Below the pieces are notes generated by a model. The model was not told the DNA's origin. It saw only the letters and a program-made list of their open reading frames with translations, and did not search any database. From Patescibacteria group bacterium (GTDB lineage: Bacteria > Patescibacteriota > JABMPQ01 > JAQVVF01): 64,000 bases of DNA. The first letter of the stretch is position 1, and each line of letters opens with the position of its first letter. A program made the translations under genes and the position numbers. Positions 1 to 9,861 of the stretch are shown here, in pieces. The stretch is from positions 65,511 to 129,510 of the forward strand of contig JBAZSC010000001.1 in NCBI GenBank assembly GCA_041662665.1, given 5' to 3'.

Positions 1-2
1 AT

Positions 3-240
3 GGTAATGCCCGCGAATGGTTATGGAATGCCCAAGCTCAAGGTAGAGCAACAGGCAGAATTCCAGCTGTTGGCGCTATCATGGTTACAAATGAATCATG
101 GTGGGGTCATGTTACCTATGTAGAAGCAGTTAATGGTGACTCAGTCACTATTAGCGAAATGAACTATATGGGATTAGGCATTGAATCAACCAGAACAGTC
201 TCAAACAGCAATGGTGTTATTCTAGGTTACATCTATTAAA
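3..240 (+). CDS. 3' fragment of a CHAP-domain (amidase/peptidase) protein; 5' end lies outside the window
   Basis: Frame-3 translation reads ...AVGAIMVTNESWWGHVTYVEAVNGDSVTISEMNYMGLGIESTRTV...GYIY*, resembling the C-terminal His-containing half of CHAP domains; stop TAA at 238-240. Confidence 0.4.
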
Positions 241-287
241 CCGGTAGAGACGTTGTATTGCAACATCTCTCACTTGAAGATATCAAC

Positions 288-320
288 AAAGCCCCGGATT
301 TTCCGGGGTTTTTGTTTTGT
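288..320 (+). terminator. rho-independent terminator (gccccgg/ccggggt hairpin followed by TTTTTGTTTTG)
   Basis: Perfect GC hairpin followed by a T-tract directly downstream of the partial CDS. Confidence 0.7.
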
Positions 321-454
321 TTCAAACAACTTTGTAAAAGTTATATCAAAAAGCCTTGACAAAAGATATCAACAGCTTTTTAGGTTTTTCTTGAGTTTTT
401 GTTTGTCAAAAAATATGTTATATTAAATTCATTAATAGATGTAATAAAAACAAA

Positions 455-3400
455 ATGAAAAAACAATTCATGAAAAGCATTGTCTTGATGCTTTTTGTGT
501 TGGGATCATTCTGTTTGCTAGGAAGCCAAGCGCTAGCAAAAGATAGCTCAACATGGGGAAAAGTAGGCGTTTCAGGTATGGATGATCAAGTTAGCGCATT
601 AGCAGTATATAATAATGAATTATATGCTGGTGGATTTTTCAGTTCAGCTGACGGTATTGTCAGCAATCAAATTGCAAAATGGAATGGTACAAGCTGGAGC
701 AAAGTTGGCACAGAAGGTATGAATGCTACAATCAGTTCTCTAGCAGTTTACAACAACGAATTATATGCCGGTGGAGATTTTACTACAGCTGATGGTAATC
801 CTGCAATCAAAATTGCAAAATGGAATGGTAGCACTTGGAGCAGTGTTGGTACTTCTGGTATGAGTGGAAGACCTGTTTCTATTGTCTCTTCTTTGACAGT
901 TTACAATAATGAATTATATGCTGGTGGAATTTTCAATACTGTTGATGGAATCGCAGTTGACGGTATTGCAAAATGGAATGGTGTCAGATGGAGTAAAGTA
1001 AGTTCAGGCGAGGTTTCAAGTATTTGGGTTGAAGCTTTAGCAGTTTACAATAATGAATTATATGCTGGTGGACTTTTTACAGGTGCTTTTGGAACAACAG
1101 GAATTGCAAAATGGAATGGAACGACTTGGAGCAAAGTTGGCGCTACAGGTACATCAGATGATGTTTATGCCTTAGCAGTATACGATAATGAATTATATGC
1201 TGGCGGATCTTTTCTTACTGCAGATTTAATTAATGCTAATTATATTGCAAAATGGAATGGTACAGAGTGGAGTAAAGTTGGCACATCAGGAATGGATGAA
1301 GCAGTTTATGCTTTAACAGTTTACAATAATGAATTATATGCTGGAGGATTCTTCGGTTCAGCAGACAGTGTCGTCACCAATCATATTGCTAGATGGAATA
1401 AAACAGCTTGGAACAAAGTTGGCGTTTCTGGATTGAATTCAATAGTTTATGCTTTAGCAGTATATAATGATGAATTATATGCAGGAGGATCTTTCACAAC
1501 AGCTGATGGCATTATTACTAATAATATTGCTTCATGGTACATCGATTATATCGCTCCAGTAACAAAAGCTTCTCCAACAAGTGGAACATACAATACTGCA
1601 AAGTTAATTACTTTGACAACTGATGAACCAGCAACAACATATTACACAAAAGATGGTTCAACTCCAACTACATCTTCAGCAGTTTATACAACTCAAATCA
1701 ATCTTTCAGCCAATACAATTTTGAAATTCTTTTCTAAAGATGTTGTCGGAAATATTGAAACAGTAAAAACAGAAATTTATATTATAGATACAATTGCTCC
1801 AACAACAACTGCATCACCGGTTGCCGGAACATACAAAACAGCTCAAGCTATCACTTTAAAAGCTGTTGATACAAATACTGGAGTTTCAGCAACATATTAC
1901 ACAACAGACGGCTCAACACCAACTACATCATCATCAGTTTATTCTTCACCAATCACAATTTCTCAAAATGCTACTCTTAAATTCTTCTCTAAAGACAATG
2001 TTGGAAATACTGAAACAGTAAAAACAGCAGTTTACGTAATTGATACAGTTGCTCCAACAACAACAGCATCACCAGTTGGTGGAAATTATGCAACAGACCA
2101 AACTGTTACTTTAACAGCGACTGATGACAATTCAGGTGTAAGCGCAACATATTATACACTAGATGGCAAAACTCCAACTACATCTTCTTTAGTTTATTCA
2201 AGCCCAATCAGTCTTACAAGTAATACATCATTGAAGTTTTTTTCTAAAGACAAAGCTGGAAATGTTGAAGCAGTAAAAACAGTAGTTTACGCTATTGATA
2301 AATTAGCTCCAACAACAACTGCATCACCTATTGGCGGAACATACACATCAAATCAAGCAGTTACTTTGACTGCAATTGATACAAATACTGGAGTTAGCGC
2401 AACATATTATACAATAGACGGCTCAACACCGACTGCTTCATCATCAGTTTATTCATCGAAAATAACAATTTCTCAAAATACTACTCTTAAATTCTTTTCT
2501 AAAGATGCAGTTGGAAATACCGAAAATGTAAAAACAGAAATTTATGTTATTGACAAGACAGCTCCTATTACAACAGCTTCTCTAGAAAGTGGAACATATA
2601 CGGAAGCAAAAACAGTAACTTTAACAGCAACTGATGACAATACAGGCGTTTTAGCCACATATTACACAACTGATGATTCAACTCCAACGACATCGTCAAC
2701 AGTTTATTCAGGCCCAATCGCAATTTCCGAAAATACAACCTTGAAATTCTTTTCTAAAGATAAAGCAGGCAATCTTGAAACAGTGAAAACAAAAGTCTAC
2801 GTAATAGATTCATTAGCTCCAACAACAACAGCAACACCAGCTAGTGGAACATACAATTCAATTCAGAATGTTACATTAAAAGCAGTTGATACAAATTCTG
2901 GAATTGCCAAAACATATTACACAACTGACAGCACAACTCCAACCACATCATCATCAGTTTATTCTTCTCCTATTGCAATTTCAAAAACAACAGCTCTAAG
3001 ATTCTTTTCTAAAGATACTGCTGGCAATACAGAATCAGTAAAAACAGAAATTTACGTTATAGACACACAAAGTCCAGTAACTACAGCAACACCAGCTAGC
3101 GGAACATACTCATCAACACAGACAGTAACTCTTAAGGCAGTTGACACTAATACTGGAGTTTCAGCAACATATTATACAACAGATGGCACAATTCCAACTA
3201 CACAATCTTTATCTTACTCAGCTCCAATCGTAATTTCACAGAACACATCTCTAAAATTCTTTTCAATTGATGCAGCTGGAAATAAAGAAGTTGTAAAAAC
3301 TGAAAATTATATTATCACAAATACATTCGTTGATAATTCTGGCAAAAGCGAATTTAATTCAGGAACAACAGTAATTCCATTTGACGAAAAAATTTATCTG

Positions 3401-3970
3401 AGAAATGTTATCTTAGGTCGCACATATTACAGTCCAACATCAAATCTTGAACTTTTCTTCTACAGATTGCCAAGACAAAAAGTAATTCATGATCTATATA
3501 TCAAGATGGTTAGAAACAAGACAGCCTATGATTCAAATTTCAACAAGAAAAAGAGCTATCCAGGATACACTATATTAACTTCAAATATTGGCACAGTCAA
3601 AAAAGATTTGTACAAGAATATTGACAAGCACATTAAATTCAAAGTTGCCATCAGGTATTCACAGAAAAAGTTAAACAAATTGAATCTTAATGAAAAAAAC
3701 CTAAGACTATTCATCAAAAATCGCGATGGCGCATGGCAAGGTCCTTTCACAGTTTACCAGAACACAAAAACCAATGTCCTAAAATTCAAGATCAGAAATT
3801 ACAGACTAAAATCAGAAATAGCGCATGCATTCCCAGCAAATACAGCTAGTATCTCAAGCCTATCTAACAGATCTTTCTCTCCAGCCTTCTATGTCCAGAC
3901 TCTAGAATTCCAAACTCTTGAAAAACTAAAATTCATAATTGCCGAAAAGAATGCAATGCTTGTCAAATAA
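455..3970 (+). CDS. giant secreted surface protein: signal peptide, ~9 YNNELYAGG/KWNG(T)xWS propeller-like repeats, 7 tandem ~86-aa CHB_HEX_C-like domains, K-rich lineage-specific C-terminal domain
   Basis: 1171-aa ORF; N-terminal signal peptide MKKQFMKSIVLMLFVLGSFCLLGSQALA; ~48-aa repeats ALAVYNNELYAGG...IAKWNGTSWSKVG; repeated block ATYYTTDGSTPTTSS.VYS.PI.IS.NT.LKFFSKD.AGN.E.VKT typical of the chitobiase/beta-hexosaminidase C-terminal domain; C-terminal ~200 aa shared with the 32352..34250 paralog. Confidence 0.75.
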   Translation: MKKQFMKSIVLMLFVLGSFCLLGSQALAKDSSTWGKVGVSGMDDQVSALAVYNNELYAGGFFSSADGIVSNQIAKWNGTSWSKVGTEGMNATISSLAVYNNELYAGGDFTTADGNPAIKIAKWNGSTWSSVGTSGMSGRPVSIVSSLTVYNNELYAGGIFNTVDGIAVDGIAKWNGVRWSKVSSGEVSSIWVEALAVYNNELYAGGLFTGAFGTTGIAKWNGTTWSKVGATGTSDDVYALAVYDNELYAGGSFLTADLINANYIAKWNGTEWSKVGTSGMDEAVYALTVYNNELYAGGFFGSADSVVTNHIARWNKTAWNKVGVSGLNSIVYALAVYNDELYAGGSFTTADGIITNNIASWYIDYIAPVTKASPTSGTYNTAKLITLTTDEPATTYYTKDGSTPTTSSAVYTTQINLSANTILKFFSKDVVGNIETVKTEIYIIDTIAPTTTASPVAGTYKTAQAITLKAVDTNTGVSATYYTTDGSTPTTSSSVYSSPITISQNATLKFFSKDNVGNTETVKTAVYVIDTVAPTTTASPVGGNYATDQTVTLTATDDNSGVSATYYTLDGKTPTTSSLVYSSPISLTSNTSLKFFSKDKAGNVEAVKTVVYAIDKLAPTTTASPIGGTYTSNQAVTLTAIDTNTGVSATYYTIDGSTPTASSSVYSSKITISQNTTLKFFSKDAVGNTENVKTEIYVIDKTAPITTASLESGTYTEAKTVTLTATDDNTGVLATYYTTDDSTPTTSSTVYSGPIAISENTTLKFFSKDKAGNLETVKTKVYVIDSLAPTTTATPASGTYNSIQNVTLKAVDTNSGIAKTYYTTDSTTPTTSSSVYSSPIAISKTTALRFFSKDTAGNTESVKTEIYVIDTQSPVTTATPASGTYSSTQTVTLKAVDTNTGVSATYYTTDGTIPTTQSLSYSAPIVISQNTSLKFFSIDAAGNKEVVKTENYIITNTFVDNSGKSEFNSGTTVIPFDEKIYLRNVILGRTYYSPTSNLELFFYRLPRQKVIHDLYIKMVRNKTAYDSNFNKKKSYPGYTILTSNIGTVKKDLYKNIDKHIKFKVAIRYSQKKLNKLNLNEKNLRLFIKNRDGAWQGPFTVYQNTKTNVLKFKIRNYRLKSEIAHAFPANTASISSLSNRSFSPAFYVQTLEFQTLEKLKFIIAEKNAMLVK

Positions 3971-3982
3971 AAGTTAAGTCAA

Positions 3983-4015
3983 AAAAGCCCCGGATTTTCC
4001 GGGGTTTTGTTTTGT
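3983..4015 (+). terminator. rho-independent terminator, same hairpin sequence as 288..320
   Basis: aaaaagccccggattttccggggttttgttttg follows the stop codon; near-identical to the hairpin at 288..320. Confidence 0.7.
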
Positions 4016-4132
4016 AAAATGTTAAGTGTTAAATGTTAATTGTTAAATAAAAAAAGCCTCAAAATAGGCTCTACAATGTGCGATTTTTAATAATGGGTGA
4101 ATTATTGTTTCTTAGAAAATCACCAGCAAGGG

Positions 4133-4525
4133 TCAAGATTTTTCTTTTATTTGTGCAAGTCTCGCAAAAGGCGAATGTGTCAGGCGCTCGTTTCTGTCAC
4201 TCTGGGTAAAGGTATTAGAATCACAAACAGTCGTTACTTTCCAGTCATAGACTTCATCAAATTTTCTATCTAGTGTTGTATTTACTAGAATAGCAAAGCC
4301 CTTGCCTTTTGGTCCATCAATAGAAACCCACATCTGGTCTATGTCTTTCCATTGCTTTGGCTTAGTAGTTGGAACATAATAAGTGTTTGCAAGATAGGCT
4401 TTTGTGATTATTGCAATCAAAGCATCTGCATCACAACCCGTTCTTTTTATAGACTGATCAATTGCATGTCCAGTCAAGAGAATCATCTTATTTCCAATAA
4501 GAAAGCATTTTGCTGATGCTTTCAT
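4133..4525 (-). CDS. hypothetical protein
   Basis: ORF with GGAGGG Shine-Dalgarno 6 nt upstream of ATG (MKASAKCFLIGNK...); no confident family assignment. Confidence 0.5.
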   Translation of the reverse strand: MKASAKCFLIGNKMILLTGHAIDQSIKRTGCDADALIAIITKAYLANTYYVPTTKPKQWKDIDQMWVSIDGPKGKGFAILVNTTLDRKFDEVYDWKVTTVCDSNTFTQSDRNERLTHSPFARLAQIKEKS

Positions 4526-4716
4526 CTTTCTCCCTCCGCTTTTGGGCAAAGAGCACTAATAAGAATAAGACTATATATAATATTTGTCAAGCGTAACTAC
4601 AAAGCAGAGCCCTGTCGTTACATCAAAATAATTGACAATATCAAAAATATATGCTAATTTAATAAATCGCACTTTCACACAGGCCGTATAAAAACGGCCA
4701 ATTGGAGGGAAAGGAA

Positions 4717-5475
4717 ATGAGGCAGAGCGCATTGATCATCTTTTTGTCTTTGATTCTCTCAAGTAATGCTATTGCTCAAGTTTATCCTTGTAATTTGCAG
4801 GAAGCAAAGATTGCATTGCAGGATGCCGTTGATAGCAATATCAGAACTGATATCGATTGCAGTTTTGAAGAGCTTGCAGAAGTCAGCGATCCAGTAGAAA
4901 AAATTGAATTTTTGAGGCTGTGGGTATTGGGAATTGATGGATCATATACAGACGCTATTTTGACAGGCTTGATGGAAATTAACTGGCAATATACCGCACT
5001 TGCAATCAACTATGACGGTGAAATGATAGATTTGGCAAGATCGCAAATCATGCTTCTTTTGCAAGTATTGATCGTATTGGATCACCAGATTGGGCTATAC
5101 ATTGCTCATGAAGGTGCAAGAAATCTTGATCATGACAAATATTTGATTGAAAACAAAGATCCTGAATGCAAGAAACGAAAGTTTGATGAAGTCTTGTCAG
5201 AGCTTACAAAAGATGGTTTTAAACCGACTAAGAAACACGTTGAGAATCAGATTGATTACCAATGTTTTATTGAACAATACCCGGAATATAAAAGAATGAT
5301 CGGTTTTTACTCTTCTGCTATTTACGATAGGATCGGGCATGGAAGAAGCCTGACTAAATTTCATTCACCAGAAATCATTGTGCTAAGCGAGTTTTATCTT
5401 GCCTTAGATATGATGGACGAACTCTCTGATGAAGATTTTTTTGAAGTCTCTGCCGAAATTCAGCTACTATTCTAA
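4717..5475 (+). CDS. hypothetical secreted protein (N-terminal signal peptide)
   Basis: GGAGGGA SD upstream of ATG; MRQSALIIFLSLILSSNAIAQV signal-peptide-like N-terminus. Confidence 0.55.
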   Translation: MRQSALIIFLSLILSSNAIAQVYPCNLQEAKIALQDAVDSNIRTDIDCSFEELAEVSDPVEKIEFLRLWVLGIDGSYTDAILTGLMEINWQYTALAINYDGEMIDLARSQIMLLLQVLIVLDHQIGLYIAHEGARNLDHDKYLIENKDPECKKRKFDEVLSELTKDGFKPTKKHVENQIDYQCFIEQYPEYKRMIGFYSSAIYDRIGHGRSLTKFHSPEIIVLSEFYLALDMMDELSDEDFFEVSAEIQLLF

Positions 5476-5630
5476 AGCACTTTTTATCACGCAATGCGTG
5501 ATTTTTTTTGCCTAAAATTATAATCATAGATTTAAATTTTATTTTGTTCTGTTGACATTTTTATCAACATGTGCTAAACTAAAAAGCTCGACATCTGGCT
5601 CCGCGAACAGACAATACAGAGGAGGAAGCG

Positions 5631-6263
5631 ATGCGCTGGAAGGCACATTTGGTCAGATTGTTCTCTTGCACAACGTATGAAAACCTGAAGAAGGTCGATC
5701 TGAGCCAAGTCAGAGATGAAGATATCGAGAGCGAATTCTTCGAAACTGATTATAGCACAGGATTTTACTTCAAATTCGCTATCGGGAAAACTCGGTATGA
5801 AGCTGGCATGCACACCCACGATAATGAACTTGATTTGGAAATCGAAGAACGACCTGAAGGACAAGCATGTGGTAATTACGGCGAGCCGATGACTTATCGA
5901 CAAAATCACCGTAAAGCTTATGAGCTCTATGCAGAAGTCATGTCTCATTCAAATCTTTGGAAGTTGTATCTGCGTCGCATCTTCAAGTTCTCGACAATGA
6001 TTGATTGCTCGACAATTGATTTGGATTCATTCGAGCACAGAAATGTCATACCTGTGATCACAAACACTGGTTTTCAACTCCATTTCACTTGTCAAAGCCA
6101 ACGAGGTTTCGAGCCGTATTGCTTTGGTCTCTATGAGAAAAATGGTTGTCTTTTCCTCGAAGCACAAGACAAGAATGGCAAGCATGACTGCCAAATCAGA
6201 GTCAACCGTAGCGAGGCTCAGCAGATCTATGATGAAATCATCGACAATCTGACTACCCCATAA
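5631..6263 (+). CDS. hypothetical protein
   Basis: ORF preceded by AGGAGGA SD; no recognisable domain. Confidence 0.5.
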   Translation: MRWKAHLVRLFSCTTYENLKKVDLSQVRDEDIESEFFETDYSTGFYFKFAIGKTRYEAGMHTHDNELDLEIEERPEGQACGNYGEPMTYRQNHRKAYELYAEVMSHSNLWKLYLRRIFKFSTMIDCSTIDLDSFEHRNVIPVITNTGFQLHFTCQSQRGFEPYCFGLYEKNGCLFLEAQDKNGKHDCQIRVNRSEAQQIYDEIIDNLTTP

Positions 6264-6486
6264 TTCGCACTTTTTACTGACATTATGTCAGTTTTTTTAT
6301 TGCAAAATTAGCCCACAGACACTGATTTATGTCAAATAGCACTATTATACCAATTTTAGCATAATATGCATCTTAAGCCCAAATATTAACATTTTAGGCT
6401 ATTCTAGCAGGTATATTTGACAAAACCCCTTGACCAATACTAATAAATCGTTATAATTTACTCAGTGCTCAAACCAGGAGGGAAAA

Positions 6487-6828
6487 GTGAAGGGATCAAA
6501 AAAGCAATTGAACGTTTCCGCAGTACAGTCATTTCTTCAGGAAAAAAGAGGTTTGGATCGTGGTTTGATCAGAAGAGTTGCAACGATGTCTTATACTTAT
6601 CCTGTTCTTCGCAATAAGTTCCAGCTGATTGGCATGATGCGCATTGCTGCATGTTACCCTCAGAATAGAAGCCAAGCTGTGCACCTTTTGCTTGATGCCT
6701 TGATTTCAAAGAGAATTCAAGGCTTTGACACTAAGTTGATTCGCCCGCAAGTGATTGCCTATCACGAGCGTGAAGCAAAGCGTCGTCCGCACCATCTTCA
6801 CATTCTGCGTTGTACCCTTCGTTTCTAG
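6487..6828 (+). CDS. hypothetical protein (GTG start)
   Basis: AGGAGGG SD then GTG; 113 aa basic protein. Confidence 0.4.
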   Translation: MKGSKKQLNVSAVQSFLQEKRGLDRGLIRRVATMSYTYPVLRNKFQLIGMMRIAACYPQNRSQAVHLLLDALISKRIQGFDTKLIRPQVIAYHEREAKRRPHHLHILRCTLRF

Positions 6829-7002
6829 ACCATTTTTGGTCTTTTTTTATGCGAAGTTATCAGTTATAAGTTAACAGTTGACAGTTACGTCGAAAGGCCG
6901 TAACAATTTAACGATTTAACCATTTAGCAATTAGGCAAACAAAAAGACGGAAGTAAATCCGTCTTTTGTTAACAGTTAAATGTTAACAGTTAAAGGTTAT
7001 CC

Positions 7003-7671
7003 TTAGGCATTATAACCAACAGCTCTAGCATTATCCAAAACTTGGTTTACATACCAGTCTGCGTGGTTATAAGCATAGATAGCGCTATAAATATCGCCAT
7101 TGCTTGCACCAGAAGCAGCTAAATAATTAGCAGCTGAATAGATGGCATCATCAGAGTCACCAATATTGGCAACTCCATCACCATCACCATCAACACCATA
7201 CATAGCCCAAGTTGATGGAATGAACTGCATTGGACCTTGCGCACCAGCGTAAGATGCAACGAAAGTATCACCAGATCTATGTGTTTCAATTAAATGAACA
7301 CCAGATAGAATTTGCCATGGAACACCATATTTTTCACCAGCAGCTTTGTATACATTATCAAAGCCAGTAGTATCAGGTGTTTTAGCTAATTCTAATTCTT
7401 TTTTAGCTTTCTCAGCATTCTCTTTAGCTTTAGCTAATTTAGCTTTTTTAGCTTCTTTTTTCATTTCAATTTTTTCTTTATTAATGCCATATTGCGCATT
7501 AAATTCAACTTTTTTGTTCAATCTATTTTCCAACATCGTAGCTTTAGACAATTTAGTATTGTCAATTTTAGCATTTGATATAGTTGGGAATAGTGCCATT
7601 GTCAAAAAGGCAACAGCAGAGATTAAAGTTAAGTATTTTTTCAAGTGATTGAAAGCAGCATCATGCCCCAA
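7003..7671 (-). CDS. secreted lytic murein transglycosylase (MltB/SLT_2-type catalytic domain) with K/A/E-rich coiled-coil linker
   Basis: Signal peptide; C-terminal YGVPWQILSGVHLIETH...GAQGPMQFIPSTWAMYGVDGDGDGVANIGDSDDAIYSAANYL matches the MltB-family lytic transglycosylase signature. Confidence 0.7.
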   Translation of the reverse strand: MGHDAAFNHLKKYLTLISAVAFLTMALFPTISNAKIDNTKLSKATMLENRLNKKVEFNAQYGINKEKIEMKKEAKKAKLAKAKENAEKAKKELELAKTPDTTGFDNVYKAAGEKYGVPWQILSGVHLIETHRSGDTFVASYAGAQGPMQFIPSTWAMYGVDGDGDGVANIGDSDDAIYSAANYLAASGASNGDIYSAIYAYNHADWYVNQVLDNARAVGYNA

Positions 7672-8015
7672 AAACAGGTGTTTTTAAGGCATTTCGCATG
7701 CTTTATGCTCAATAATATGGCTTTTCTAAGCCAATATTTCTAAGCGCAAAGCGTGCTTTTTAGGGTAAAATGAGCTTAAATCGGCCCACCTACGCTCCTT
7801 CATTTCACTCAGGAGCTTCGGCGGGCGAGGCAAAAAAAATCACGTACAACATACGTGAATCAGAACATAATATACTAGCAGATGAGCAAGTTGTGTCAAG
7901 GCTATTTCTGAAATAATTGGCAGAAATACGCCTATTTTACCTTAAATAAGGCAAAAAATGGCGATTTTAAGCATAAAAAAACTCCGTTACCGAAGTTAAA
8001 AAAAGAATGTGCAAT

Positions 8016-8318
8016 TTAGCTTGTGATTACTCGAGGATCAATGATCTCCATTTCGATGCCGTCACCGATAACAGTACAAAGAACATAATCCTTGAAAACA
8101 GGATATGGCGTATGATCAGGTTTCATGATTCCTAGATTTACCATCAGCTTGATATTCGCAGGATGCATCTGGCGCTCAGGATCGCGACAGTATAGAACAA
8201 AGTCGCGCAGAGCAATTGCATTGTGCATGAACAAAATCCTCAGAAGTGAATTGTACGCTCGCAACAAGTCTTCGCTGATCACATTTCCATTCTTCAACAA
8301 AACAGTTCTGTCGCTCAT
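8016..8318 (-). CDS. hypothetical protein
   Basis: 100-aa ORF with SD (ggagggaaagg) upstream. Confidence 0.45.
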   Translation of the reverse strand: MSDRTVLLKNGNVISEDLLRAYNSLLRILFMHNAIALRDFVLYCRDPERQMHPANIKLMVNLGIMKPDHTPYPVFKDYVLCTVIGDGIEMEIIDPRVITS

Positions 8319-8451
8319 TCCTTTCCCTCCTTGCTGGTTCTCTACACTGCCTCCAAAATAGCATAATTATAAATAATGTCAAGATTTTCCTTTGACAAGA
8401 TTAAAAATAATTGTTATTCTAGTGAAATCGAAACCCAAGCCAGGAGGAAAA

Positions 8452-8562
8452 GTGAGGAACAGGAAAAAGGCTTTGAAGAAATCAAGGCGCGCTTTAAGGC
8501 TGCTGGTAATTTGTGTGTTTGTTCTTTTTTCAATCTGTATTACTTTGCGAATTCTTGGCTGA
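8452..8562 (+). CDS. candidate small hydrophobic peptide (36 aa, VRNRKKALKKSRRALRLLVICVFVLFSICITLRILG)
   Basis: Strong SD AGGAGGAAAA then GTG; basic N-terminus plus one predicted TM helix; lies just upstream of the 8575 gene. Confidence 0.2.
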   Translation: MRNRKKALKKSRRALRLLVICVFVLFSICITLRILG

Positions 8563-8574
8563 AGGAGATAGGAA

Positions 8575-8843
8575 TGGAAAATACAAAAGCAACTCGAGAA
8601 GCTTCTGTTCAAATTCTGCCAACTGACAAAGACAGGACCAGATTTACAATTACTGTTGAAATATTTCCAGAAAGAGTGAGCTTCATCAGAATCTCTTGGC
8701 CTTTGATTGTTCTGACATTCAAAAGCTTTGCAGAAGCAAAATCTTTTCTAATTCATAATCTAGATGAGAATAATCCTAGAATATTTCTTGCTGTTATGGA
8801 ATGTATTGATGAGCTAGAAAGCACGCACCCTAGTTTGTCTTGA
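8575..8843 (+). CDS. hypothetical small protein, tandem paralog of 8870..9181
   Basis: AAGGAG SD then ATG (MENTKATREAS...); the six-frame ORF at 8376 probably over-extends upstream; C-terminus ...AVMECIDELESTHPSLS parallels ...AVLECLNELANLHPELP. Confidence 0.5.
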
Positions 8844-8869
8844 TGGCAACTAGGGAACAGGAGGAAGTC

Positions 8870-9181
8870 ATGGGCAGAGGCAGAATCTCAAACAGAGTAA
8901 GGATTCTTGGGAACACCCATGCCTCCAAAACAGTAAGGACGAAATTGTGCAAAGCTTACATAAGGCACACCATATTCGATGTTTGCGTAATTTTACATCC
9001 AGAAACAGCTGTTTGTATCGAAATATATTGGCCTTTTGTGAATCTGAATTTCATATCATTTGGAGAAGCGCGCAAAGCTTTTGGTCAGCAAGGATTTTTT
9101 TCAGGTACTGATCGAAATATTTTGAGAGCAGTATTGGAATGTCTAAATGAGCTTGCAAATTTGCACCCTGAATTGCCATAA
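8870..9181 (+). CDS. hypothetical small protein, tandem paralog of 8575..8843
   Basis: AGGAGGA SD then ATG (MGRGRISNRV...); shared W-P-F/LIVL motif and C-terminal helix with the upstream gene. Confidence 0.5.
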   Translation: MGRGRISNRVRILGNTHASKTVRTKLCKAYIRHTIFDVCVILHPETAVCIEIYWPFVNLNFISFGEARKAFGQQGFFSGTDRNILRAVLECLNELANLHPELP

Positions 9182-9282
9182 TCGGCAATTTTTTTTCGGC
9201 AAAATTTTTTTTTGATTCTTGACTTTCGCATATTCTGGTACTAATCTTAAGACAGCTCACTCAAAACAAGGAGGGAACAAAG

Positions 9283-9861
9283 ATGCATCTCATTTTAAAT
9301 GTTGGCAGCTCACCAAAAAATACGATAGCTATAATCGATTTAAAAGATCAGCCTTCCATAGTTCTTGATTATTTTGAAGATAAAGCAATCTCCAGCTCAA
9401 GCATTACAATTGCTCTATCTGATTTCCTAATTTTATGGCAAGCAATGCTTCAAACATTATGTCTGCAAGCAAGAATGATTCCAGTACTTCGTAATTACCT
9501 TTTGTCTTTAGAGATGACTAATCTTCACTCTCAGGATATATGTATTGCTACCTCTAATTATTTCCTTGATAATTTTCGTCATTTTTTAAGAATTGTTATC
9601 ATTGAAACAGCGAACATTTGCTTAAGCAGAGGTAGAAAAAAGCAAATAGTCGAAATGCCCCAATCATCTGTAAGGAAAGCAGAATTTGATTTGCCAATGT
9701 TTTTTGCAATTAGTATTGGCAAATGCCACATTTCCTTGCATGATTTTTTTGCAATTGCAAACTGTATTTTTGAATGTGAAGGCCGTATTCCAAATGATCC
9801 TCGCGAAAAATTTCTAAAAGACGTAAGAGAATGGGAGAACATTCGAACGATCCATGACTAA
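9283..9861 (+). CDS. hypothetical protein
   Basis: AAGGAGGG SD; 192 aa with no recognisable domain. Confidence 0.5.
   Translation: MHLILNVGSSPKNTIAIIDLKDQPSIVLDYFEDKAISSSSITIALSDFLILWQAMLQTLCLQARMIPVLRNYLLSLEMTNLHSQDICIATSNYFLDNFRHFLRIVIIETANICLSRGRKKQIVEMPQSSVRKAEFDLPMFFAISIGKCHISLHDFFAIANCIFECEGRIPNDPREKFLKDVREWENIRTIHD

Noticed and set aside
3556-3750. 64-aa antisense ORF inside the giant surface-protein gene, and similar antisense ORFs inside pnp, dinG, ComM and pilin paralog 1
   Set aside because: They are embedded in the opposite strand of well-supported long genes with no start-site signals; judged spurious.
8376-8574. Upstream extension of ORF 8376..8843 (155 aa)
   Set aside because: A strong SD (AAGGAG) sits directly before the internal ATG at 8575, the paralog downstream starts at the equivalent position, and the extension lacks an SD.
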